In this document: piece after piece, positions 56,948-64,000 of the stretch
Position numbering within the stretch: position 1 is the first letter of the stretch
Layout: the number at the start of each line of letters is the position of its first letter
From: an uncultured Acidimicrobiales bacterium
GTDB taxonomy: Bacteria; Actinomycetota; Acidimicrobiia; Acidimicrobiales; CAZWDB01
Reading direction: 5' to 3'
Length of the DNA stretch: 64,000 bases
NCBI GenBank assembly: GCA_964632885.1
Contig: CAZWDB010000003.1
Coordinates: 7,445 to 71,444 of the forward strand
Translations under genes and position numbers: made by a program
The notes under the pieces: generated by a model
The model's input: only the letters and a program-made list of their open reading frames with translations
What the model was told of the DNA's origin: nothing
Database searches by the model: none

Positions 56948-58330
56948 ATGCCGCCTGTGGAGAGAGTCGTCGTGGACGGCTCCAACATCGCAACTGAAGG
57001 GCGCCAGATGCCCAGCCTGAAGCACTTGGACGAGGCGGTCCAGGCTTTCATGGCGGACTATCCGCGCGCCGAAGTCACCGTCATCGTCGATGCCACCTTC
57101 GGACATCGCATCGATGACTCCGAACGGAGCGCCTTCGACGAAGCCGTAGCCCATGGCGAGATCGTGTCGCCACCCGCGGGCGCAATCGGCCGGGGCGACG
57201 CGTTCCTCCTCCAGATCGCCGACAAGGTCGACGCCACCGTCCTCTCCAACGACTCTTTCCAGGAGTTCCACGGTGAATACAAGTGGCTCTTCGACGACGA
57301 CCGGCTCATCGGGGGCAAGCCCGTCCCGGGTGTCGGGTGGATATTCACGCCGCGCAACCCCGTACGAGGGCAGAAGAGTCGCGAGGCGACCAGAGGAGCG
57401 CGCCAGTCGCGGGCCCGGGTCGGGTCGAAGGCCGCATCGAAGCCGATGCCGAAGCCGGCGGCACCGCCGCCGAAGGCGCAGCGGGGTAGTCCCTCCACCA
57501 AGGAAGTAATCGACGAAGTCACCAAGGAAGCCGTGGAAGAGACCGAGAGCACAGGACAGGGCCGGCGCAGGCGCCGCCGGCGCACCGGCGGCGGGCCGCC
57601 GCGCGATGCCGTTAACGAGCCGCTCACCTTCATACAGTTCATCGCCAACCACAAGCTCGGCGCGGAGATCGAGGGCGAGGTCGAGAGCTTCGCATCCCAC
57701 GGCGCCTTCGTGATCGCAGACGGAGCACGTTGCTACATCCCGCTGTCTGCGATGGGCGATCCGCCCCCGCGCAGCGCCCGCGCCGTACTGCAGAAGGGCG
57801 CGAGCCGCACGTTCATCGTCCAGGCTCTCGACGCGCCCAGGCGCGGCGTCGAGCTTGCCTTGCCCGGCTATGCCCACGTGGCGGGAGCACCCACCGAGGA
57901 GACGGTCGAGGCCGAGATCCGCCGCACCGGTCCGAAGACCGAGAAGCCGAAGGCCGAGAAGAAGGAGCGGAAGGCCGCCAAGAAGAGGGCGGCGCCCAAG
58001 AGGAAGCCGGCTGCTCAGGAGGAACCGGCGGCTGCCGGTGCCGAGCCAGTGCCGGCCGAGCCTGCGGCGGCCGAGAAGAAGGCGGCGACGAAGAAGAAGG
58101 CGGCCACGAAGAAGAAGGCCGCCACGAAGAAGAAGGCGGCGGTCAAGAAGAAGGCTGCCGCGAAGAAGGCGCCTGCGACCAGGAAGGAAGCCGCGACCAA
58201 GAAGAAGGCGGCGACGAAGAAGAAGGCCGCGACCTCCAAGAAGGCGGCAGTCAAGAAGAAGGCGGCGACGAAGAAAAAGGCGAGCGCCTCGAAGAAGTCT
58301 GCCGCGAAGCGCCCGAACTTGAGGCAATAA
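56948..58330 (+). CDS. Zc3h12a/Regnase-like NYN(PIN) nuclease + S1-like domain + histone H1-like tail
   Basis: VVVDGSNIA, VLSNDSFQEF; EIEGEVESFASHGAFV; KKKAAT repeats; start uncertain. Confidence 0.75.
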   Translation: MPPVERVVVDGSNIATEGRQMPSLKHLDEAVQAFMADYPRAEVTVIVDATFGHRIDDSERSAFDEAVAHGEIVSPPAGAIGRGDAFLLQIADKVDATVLSNDSFQEFHGEYKWLFDDDRLIGGKPVPGVGWIFTPRNPVRGQKSREATRGARQSRARVGSKAASKPMPKPAAPPPKAQRGSPSTKEVIDEVTKEAVEETESTGQGRRRRRRRTGGGPPRDAVNEPLTFIQFIANHKLGAEIEGEVESFASHGAFVIADGARCYIPLSAMGDPPPRSARAVLQKGASRTFIVQALDAPRRGVELALPGYAHVAGAPTEETVEAEIRRTGPKTEKPKAEKKERKAAKKRAAPKRKPAAQEEPAAAGAEPVPAEPAAAEKKAATKKKAATKKKAATKKKAAVKKKAAAKKAPATRKEAATKKKAATKKKAATSKKAAVKKKAATKKKASASKKSAAKRPNLRQ

Positions 58331-58364
58331 CGTACGGAATTCGATCGTTATTGCCTCAAGTTCG
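58314..58364. repeat. 51-bp palindromic element, copy 4 (supplies NYN-protein stop)
   Basis: ...AAC TTG AGG CAA TAA within the arm. Confidence 0.9.
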
Positions 58365-58403
58365 GGCGGGGAGGGTGGCGGCGGCGGGCGAGAATGGCCT
58401 CAC

Positions 58404-59396
58404 ATGGCTTGCCGCGTGCTGTTCTCCGCTCAACCCGACTACCTCCGCATCGCGGCGGCCGCGGTCACCGAGGCCGTCGGCGGTGCCGTCGAGTACCTGG
58501 GCCCGGACGTGGCGGCTCTCGCGACCGAAGACACCGGCCTGGCCGAGTTGGCCGCGCTCTGCGGTGACGTGCCGATCCCGTTTGTGCGGCACCTCGCCGT
58601 CGAGGATGTGCGCGTAGGCCATGACGAGGCGGCCGGCGCCGCCGCATCCCTCGTGGCCGCACGGAACGCCTCGTCCCTCGGGCTGCAGGTGTGGACGAGC
58701 GGCGAGGTCCCTGTCCGGGCCGAGCAGCTGCGGGCCAGCATCTCGGAACACCTGAGCGCGCAGGGCTGTGTGACGCAGCGGCGTGGCTCGTCCGAGGTGA
58801 TGACGGTATGCGCCACGGCGCCGGGCGTCTCCATCGGCATCACTGACGCGGCGGCGATGCTCAGTGACTGGCCAGGAGGACGGGTGCGGCTACGCGCCGG
58901 ACCCAACCAGATCTCTCGGTCTGAGTTCAAGCTGGAAGAGCTCGCCCAACTCTTCCCGCTCGACCTGCGGCGTGGTGGGCGAGCGCTCGACCTCGGTGCG
59001 AGCCCAGGCGGCTGGACGAGGATCCTGGTTACCCACGGCCTCGAAGTGGTGGCGGTCGATCCCGGTGACCTCGACCGCAAGCTGGCGCGGACACGAGGTG
59101 TCCACCACGAGCGGATGACGGCCGGCCGGTTTCTCCGGACCTCGTCGGAGCACTTCGATCTGGTCGTCAACGACATGCGGATGGACGCGTCTCGGTCGGC
59201 GCAGATCGTCGTGGATGCCGCCGACCGGCTCGGCCCTGCCGGTCGAGCGATAGTGACCCTGAAGGTGACGCCGCGGGGCGCGCGGCGCGAGCTTGATGAG
59301 GCCCTCAGGCTTCTCCGCCGACGCTACTCCCTGACCTTCGCCCGCCAGCTCCATCACAACCGCAACGAGGTCACTCTCGTTCTCGAGCGCTCCTGA
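58404..59396 (+). CDS. RlmM/FtsJ-like SAM methyltransferase
   Basis: SRSEFKLEE, LDLGASPGGWT, VNDM, TLK. Confidence 0.85.
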   Translation: MACRVLFSAQPDYLRIAAAAVTEAVGGAVEYLGPDVAALATEDTGLAELAALCGDVPIPFVRHLAVEDVRVGHDEAAGAAASLVAARNASSLGLQVWTSGEVPVRAEQLRASISEHLSAQGCVTQRRGSSEVMTVCATAPGVSIGITDAAAMLSDWPGGRVRLRAGPNQISRSEFKLEELAQLFPLDLRRGGRALDLGASPGGWTRILVTHGLEVVAVDPGDLDRKLARTRGVHHERMTAGRFLRTSSEHFDLVVNDMRMDASRSAQIVVDAADRLGPAGRAIVTLKVTPRGARRELDEALRLLRRRYSLTFARQLHHNRNEVTLVLERS

Positions 59397-59955
59397 TGAC
59401 GCGCTCGAAGAACTGGCGCGGCTGGACTCCTGGAACAACGAAGTCGCCGATCAGCCAGGCCGGTGTGCCGGTGACACCGGCCTCGTATGCCTTCTGCATC
59501 GACACCGTTACGACTCCGGCCATCGTCCCGTCGTCGACCGCGGCGCGCGCCTCATCCGCGTCCGCGCCGGCTGTCGCGACCAAGCCGTCGATCTCTCCGG
59601 GGTCGCCAATGTCGCGGCCGTCCACGAAGTGAGCCGCGAAGAGGGATCGATGGAGGGTTTCGAAGACCTCAGGCTGATGGATCCGCACCCACTCGGCGGT
59701 CTCGAGGGCACGCCGGGTGTTCGGCAGGTGGTCCGGCGGATTGAAAGGGAGCCCTACCGCCTCGCACTCGGCCCCGATCCGGTCGTAGAAGGCTCCAGCG
59801 CGTGCCCCGAGTGGCCTTCCTTCTGGGGGCACCTCGGGATGGAGCTCATAGGCAAGGCTGATGACGTCGACGCCGAGGTCGGCAAGTAGGGCCGACCGAT
59901 CCAGGCCGACATAGCACCAGGGTCAGAGGTAGTCGCTCCACATCAGCACCTTCAC
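59371..59955 (-). CDS. DsbA/FrnE-family oxidoreductase with in-frame UGA (probable selenoprotein, UPWC)
   Basis: GTG AAG GTG CTG ATG TGG AGC GAC TAC CTC TGA CCC TGG TGC; continues YELHP...GVTGTP; TAGCCT 7 nt before GTG. Confidence 0.8.
59891..59910 (-). promoter_or_regulatory. Candidate bacterial SECIS hairpin
   Basis: GUCGGCC-UGGAUC-GGUCGGC begins 12 nt after the UGA. Confidence 0.55.
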
Positions 59956-60037
59956 AGGATCGAGGCTACCCACCGCAGTCGAGCCAAGATGGCGGGCGGA
60001 CACCCCACCCGGACGTCGACTACGAGGAGGCCGGCCG

Positions 60038-60721
60038 GTGACAACTGACGACGCTGCGGGCGGCGCGCCGGAAGGATTCCCCGAGCGGCTGCGCGACGCC
60101 TACGACGCCGATGTGACCCCGCGGCGCGCCGAGATGCGCCGGCTCGCTCATGCAACCCGGCTGCTGATCGAGCGTCTGGTCGCGACGGCTGCGCCCGAGG
60201 AGACGCTGGCCCAGGCGGCCGAAACCCTCGAGGCGGTGGCCGCCAGTCTCGAGGGTTTCCCGCAGGGCCGCCTCTTCGAAGGATTCGCCGAGAGTGCGAA
60301 CGCCGGCGATCCCCACGCCTTCTTCGACCACAGCCCGATCATCGGCCGCGCCAATCCGATCGCGCCGCCCGTGGAGTTGGCGGTCGTGGGCGAGAAGGTC
60401 GAGGGCAGGGCGCGGTACGGCGCCGCCTACGAAGGTCCCCCTGGCTGCGTGCACGGTGGACATATCGCGGCCGCCTTCGACGAGGTGCTCGGAATGACCC
60501 AGTCGCTGTCGGGCCAACCGGGCATGACCGGCACTCTCACGGTGCGGTACCGGAAGCCAACACCGCTGCATGCCGAGCTCCGGTTCGAGGGCGAACTGCT
60601 ACGGCGGGAAGGGCGGAAGATCTTCACCGAAGGGCGCCTCTACCACGGCGAACAATTGACGGCGGAAGCGGAAGCCACCTTCATCTCAGTCGACTTCTCG
60701 AAGCTGTTCGATCGGTCCTGA
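60038..60721 (+). CDS. PaaI-family thioesterase
   Basis: EGPPGCVHGG...FDEVLG. Confidence 0.9.
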   Translation: MTTDDAAGGAPEGFPERLRDAYDADVTPRRAEMRRLAHATRLLIERLVATAAPEETLAQAAETLEAVAASLEGFPQGRLFEGFAESANAGDPHAFFDHSPIIGRANPIAPPVELAVVGEKVEGRARYGAAYEGPPGCVHGGHIAAAFDEVLGMTQSLSGQPGMTGTLTVRYRKPTPLHAELRFEGELLRREGRKIFTEGRLYHGEQLTAEAEATFISVDFSKLFDRS

Positions 60722-60768
60722 GGACGTTCAGTCGCAAGGACGTTCAGCCGCAAGGACGTTCAGTCGCG
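60721..60768. repeat. 16-bp tandem repeat x3 (AGGACGTTCAGYCGCR)
   Basis: Fills the gap between convergent genes. Confidence 0.8.
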
Positions 60769-60773
60769 AGTGG

Positions 60774-61082
60774 TCAGTGGGGTGGGTTGGCTGGAACCGA
60801 GTCCGGCTCAGGGCCGGATGTGACCTCGATACGAGTCACGTTCTTGACGTTCCAGCAGAGGGTGCGGCCTTGCGGGATCGTGAGCCGTCCGTCCTCAAGC
60901 AGGCCCTCTCGCAACGCAGGAAGGGGAATCGAAGCCCGGTAGTCGTCGTCGGCCGAAACGACCGTGGCGTGGTCGGCGGCGTCGGTGGGCGCGGCGCGGT
61001 CGAGAAGGTCTCGGAGTCGAGCAGTCCGCGTCGCAACGAAGGGGCGACCCACCTCGCCGCTGATAGTGATTCCTCCAGTCAC
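60774..61082 (-). CDS. Small protein resembling a molybdopterin-oxidoreductase fragment
   Basis: SADDDYRASIPL...CWNVKNVTRIEV. Confidence 0.55.
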   Translation of the reverse strand: MTGGITISGEVGRPFVATRTARLRDLLDRAAPTDAADHATVVSADDDYRASIPLPALREGLLEDGRLTIPQGRTLCWNVKNVTRIEVTSGPEPDSVPANPPH

Positions 61083-61093
61083 TCGCTTAACGC

Positions 61094-61393
61094 TTAGTCG
61101 GCGACGAGGTGGGTGCGAACTTTGTCGAGAGCAGTGGCAAGCGCGGCGCGAAGCGCGGCGCGGGGCACGTCGAGATCCTCCTGCAGTTCGTGCATCGAGC
61201 GGACGGCCGCCCCGCCCAAGCCGAAACGCGCCTCGAGAACCGCCAACTCCAAGGGCTCGAGGTCGTCGAACAGGTGCGCGGGGATGCGTATCGACATGAG
61301 GTCATCGTCGGACTCGGCTGCCAGGTCGATGATCTCGGGGCCCGTGTCCGGATAAGGCCATCCGTCCTCTGCAGGCCACACGAAGACACTCAT
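61094..61393 (-). CDS. Stand-alone sigma-70 region 4-like protein
   Basis: LEPLELAVLEARFGLGG...ALDKVR. Confidence 0.65.
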   Translation of the reverse strand: MSVFVWPAEDGWPYPDTGPEIIDLAAESDDDLMSIRIPAHLFDDLEPLELAVLEARFGLGGAAVRSMHELQEDLDVPRAALRAALATALDKVRTHLVAD

Positions 61394-61463
61394 GGTTTTG
61401 TTGTCGCGCCGCTGGCGCCGGGAGTCAACTGGCCGAAAGGCTCCATCCGGCACCTTCCCGCGT

Positions 61464-63506
61464 TTAGGTACCTGCCGCGATACCGCGGATCACCTCGAGC
61501 AGTGCGTCGCCGTAACGTTCCGCCTTGACCGGACCGAGCCCCGGGAGGGCCAGGAGCTGGGCTTTGTCACTCGGCTTGCGCTCGGCCACCGCGGCAAGGG
61601 TCGTGTCGTGGAAGATCACGTAGGCAGGCACGTTCGCGGCCCGGGCGGCGGCCGCGCGCCAGTCCTTGAGGGCCTGGAGGACGACCGGATCGGGCGCGCC
61701 GGCTGCCTTCTTCCTCCCGGATCGGGCCCGGAGCGCCGCACGCTCCTGCTCGAGGAACCGGCGCCAGTCGGCGGTGCCGCCGGTCTCGGCAGCCCGGCAT
61801 GCGGCATCGATCACCGTTAGCCAGGGGGAAGGCTGACGCCGGAGGTCTCTGGTGCCGAACGTGCGCCGCTCGGCCCACGAGCAGTGCAGCTCGTCTTGGG
61901 CTCGGGTGAGCGCGACATAGAGCAGTCGACGCTCCTCGGCCTCGGCGTCGGGTGTGTCGGCGCGGGCAATGGGGACGAAACCCTTTTCGACCCCTGCCAC
62001 GAATACGACGGGCCACTCGAGCCCTTTGGCCCGGTGGAACGTCACGATGTCGACGCCGTCGGCGTCGCGGTCGGGCTGGTCCTCGCCACGGACGGTAGCG
62101 GTGAGCCACGCGAGGAAGCCCTCGACGGTCGGCTGGGTATCGAGCCGGACGTACTCCCGCGCGAGCCGCACCAGCGCTTCGAGGTGCTCCCGGCGTTCGT
62201 CGACCGCTATTGCGTTGGCCATCTCCTGCAAGTCGGCGATGCAAGCGGCGAAGGGAACAGTCGCACCCTCGCCGTATTGGCCAGTGCCGCCACGCAGCGC
62301 CTGCAGCGCGCTCTTGACCTCAGGTTGGCGCAGGAAGGAGCCGTTGCCTCGGACCCGGAATGGGATGCCGGCCTTCCGGAGTGCCTCTTCGAAGAGAACC
62401 GCCTGGGCGTTGGTGCGCACCAGGACAGCCAGCTGGGACCAGGAAGTGCCGGGCCGGTGGGCGCGGCGGAGGCGGGCGGCGATACCGCGCGCTTCGGCCA
62501 CGTCGGACGGATAGGCATGAACCGCGGGCACGGGACCATCGGCCCGGTTGGCTCGCAAGGTTCCCCGTAGAGCCCGCACTTCGCCGTCGGCCTCGACCGC
62601 CCGCGCCGGCGTCGCCGACTCGAGCACTGCGTTGGCGACGGTGAGGACCTGTGGCGTCGACCGGTAGTTGTCGGTCAGCTCCACCACTGCGGCCCCCGGA
62701 AAGAGGGTCGGGAAGCTGCGGAGCAGGCGCGGATCGGCACCGTTCCACGAGTAGATGGCCTGGTTAGGGTCGCCGACCACGCAGAGGTCGTCACGGTCGC
62801 CCGCCCATCCCCGCAACAGCTGGTACTGGACCGGGTTCACGTCCTGGAACTCGTCGACGAACAGGTGGCGGAACCGCCACCGCTGGGACGCCGCGAAGTC
62901 GGTATCGGTCGCCAGGGCGCGGGCGCAGAGGTTGAGCAGGTCGTCGAAGTCGACCAGCCCCTTCTTGCGCTTGTCGGCTTCGTAGCTCTGATAGAGGGCC
63001 GCCATCTGTTGGGCAGGTAGAGGAGGGGTACGGCCTGCGGCCGCCGCCTCGACCTCGTATTGGCCGGGCACGACCATGCGCGCCTTGGCCCACTCGATCT
63101 CTGAGGCGACATCCGCGGGTTGAACGGCGCCCTCGCGGCCCGGTCGTCCGAGGAGCGGCATGATCAGGCGTGCCTTGCGGTCTAGCAGGCTGGGGGCGCG
63201 TTCGCGGCGATCGGCCCAGCGCCTGCGGAGCTGGGCGTAGGCGACCGCGTGGAAGGTGCCCGCGACGACACCGTCGCGGACGCCGAGGACGCGCAGACGG
63301 TGGACGAGTTCGTCGGCGGCTTTGCGGGTGAAGGTGAGCGCGAGCACGTGAGGGGCGTCGGCCGTCTCGTCGAGGATCCGGTGCGCGATGCGGCGCGTCA
63401 GGACGCGGGTCTTGCCCGAACCTGCGCCCGCGAGGATGCAGAGAGGGTTTGTGCTGGTCGTGACAGCGGTGCGCTGGGCGTCGTTGAGCCCGTCGAGGAT
63501 GTCCAC
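61464..63506 (-). CDS. uvrD2: ATP-dependent helicase UvrD2 (C-terminal HRDC)
   Basis: AGAGSGKT, DEFQD, HRAKGLEW, VPAYVIFHD; start GTG 63506. Confidence 0.9.
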   Translation of the reverse strand: MDILDGLNDAQRTAVTTSTNPLCILAGAGSGKTRVLTRRIAHRILDETADAPHVLALTFTRKAADELVHRLRVLGVRDGVVAGTFHAVAYAQLRRRWADRRERAPSLLDRKARLIMPLLGRPGREGAVQPADVASEIEWAKARMVVPGQYEVEAAAAGRTPPLPAQQMAALYQSYEADKRKKGLVDFDDLLNLCARALATDTDFAASQRWRFRHLFVDEFQDVNPVQYQLLRGWAGDRDDLCVVGDPNQAIYSWNGADPRLLRSFPTLFPGAAVVELTDNYRSTPQVLTVANAVLESATPARAVEADGEVRALRGTLRANRADGPVPAVHAYPSDVAEARGIAARLRRAHRPGTSWSQLAVLVRTNAQAVLFEEALRKAGIPFRVRGNGSFLRQPEVKSALQALRGGTGQYGEGATVPFAACIADLQEMANAIAVDERREHLEALVRLAREYVRLDTQPTVEGFLAWLTATVRGEDQPDRDADGVDIVTFHRAKGLEWPVVFVAGVEKGFVPIARADTPDAEAEERRLLYVALTRAQDELHCSWAERRTFGTRDLRRQPSPWLTVIDAACRAAETGGTADWRRFLEQERAALRARSGRKKAAGAPDPVVLQALKDWRAAAARAANVPAYVIFHDTTLAAVAERKPSDKAQLLALPGLGPVKAERYGDALLEVIRGIAAGT

Positions 63507-63513
63507 CTCATCG

Positions 63514-63535
63514 AGGCTACGGACCAGGTGTGACA
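63514..63535 (-). promoter_or_regulatory. PafBC/RecA-NDp-type promoter
   Basis: TGTCAC-N10-TAGCCT, 7 nt before GTG. Confidence 0.7.
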
Positions 63536-63562
63536 CAGGCGCGGATGCTCAGCCACGCGGTA

Positions 63563-63596
63563 CGACCCCGAGTAGCCTCTCGGCTTCTCGGGGTCG
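63563..63596. terminator. Strong hairpin, possible terminator
   Basis: CGACCCCGAG...CTCGGGGTCG; no U-tract. Confidence 0.4.
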
Positions 63597-63764
63597 CTCC
63601 TGACCGGTACGATTGGACCTTCCCGCTGCGCGACGTCGGCCTGTGGCACTTCATCGACGCCTCGGGCATGGCCCGGCTCGACACCGGGATGCCTTCATGG
63701 TGCTCCTGTTCGACGTCGCCGTCAATGGGTTGGTGGGCACCTTCCCGGTACTGTCATGTGGCCC

Positions 63765-64000
63765 ATGCTCCGGTCCTTCGCTTCGGGAAGGCTGTTCGGC
63801 GCCCGATATGGCAACCGCCCACCCGACGTTCTCGCCCTCCACGGGTGGGCGCGCACCCACGCCGACTTCGATCGCGTGCTCGCCGGCCTCGACGCCATCG
63901 CCCTCGACCTGCCCGGATTCGGCGCGACGCCGCCACCGCCGGCGATTTGGGGAGCCGCCGACTACGCCGAGGCGGTCCTCGCCGTGGTCGAGGAGGAATT
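63765..64000 (+). CDS. Alpha/beta hydrolase (partial)
   Basis: MLRSFASG...LALHGW...ALDLPGFG; runs off window. Confidence 0.8.
   Translation, partial: MLRSFASGRLFGARYGNRPPDVLALHGWARTHADFDRVLAGLDAIALDLPGFGATPPPPAIWGAADYAEAVLAVVEEE

Noticed and set aside
58070-58300. AAG-rich tandem repeats as a non-coding array
   Set aside because: Explained by the KKKAAT protein tail
56885-58327. 927-aa version of the M20 peptidase (similarly 908-aa MalQ and 674-aa TerL)
   Set aside because: N-terminal extensions overlap real neighbouring genes; shorter starts chosen
35063-58364. 51-bp palindromes as CRISPR repeats or integron attC sites
   Set aside because: Dispersed among core genes in mixed orientations; no spacers, integrase or attC extrahelical bases
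59371-59955. DsbA gene as a pseudogene
   Set aside because: The only stop is TGA precisely at the catalytic Cys, with intact promoter and frame; recoding is more parsimonious, though not proven
60721-60768. 16-bp x3 repeat as a CRISPR array
   Set aside because: Head-to-tail tandem with no spacers and no cas genes

Overview
High-GC actinobacterial DNA (kgd, many TANNNT-N6-7-start leaderless genes; Acidimicrobiia-like by inference) in two parts. Positions 1-~32,130 are the right part of a siphovirus-like prophage, mostly on the minus strand. Reading right to left it has a divergent repressor/Cro switch, early/replication genes (Rad52-like annealase, DUF1643, VRR-NUC, HTH initiator with internal iterons, SLT, MazG), terminases, a portal-MuF fusion, protease, capsid, neck, two paralogous tail-tube genes, chaperone, tape measure and a LamG-type minor tail protein running off the window. 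No integrase or lysis genes are visible. Positions ~32,105-64,000 are host housekeeping genes (malQ, ATP-dependent ligase, ettA, kgd, UvrD2-like helicase and others). Highlights: (1) the repressor ends inside the antisense 3' end of a host DsbA-like gene, suggesting integration-dependent immunity at a protein-coding attB; (2) a ~235-nt five-hairpin RNA follows cro; (3) a DsbA/FrnE gene has an in-frame UGA at its catalytic Cys (UPWC) and a SECIS-like hairpin; (4) four copies of a 51-bp palindrome supply the stop codons of four host genes; (5) the tail chaperone extension is in the +1 frame. All calls are from motif reading by eye; no searches were run.
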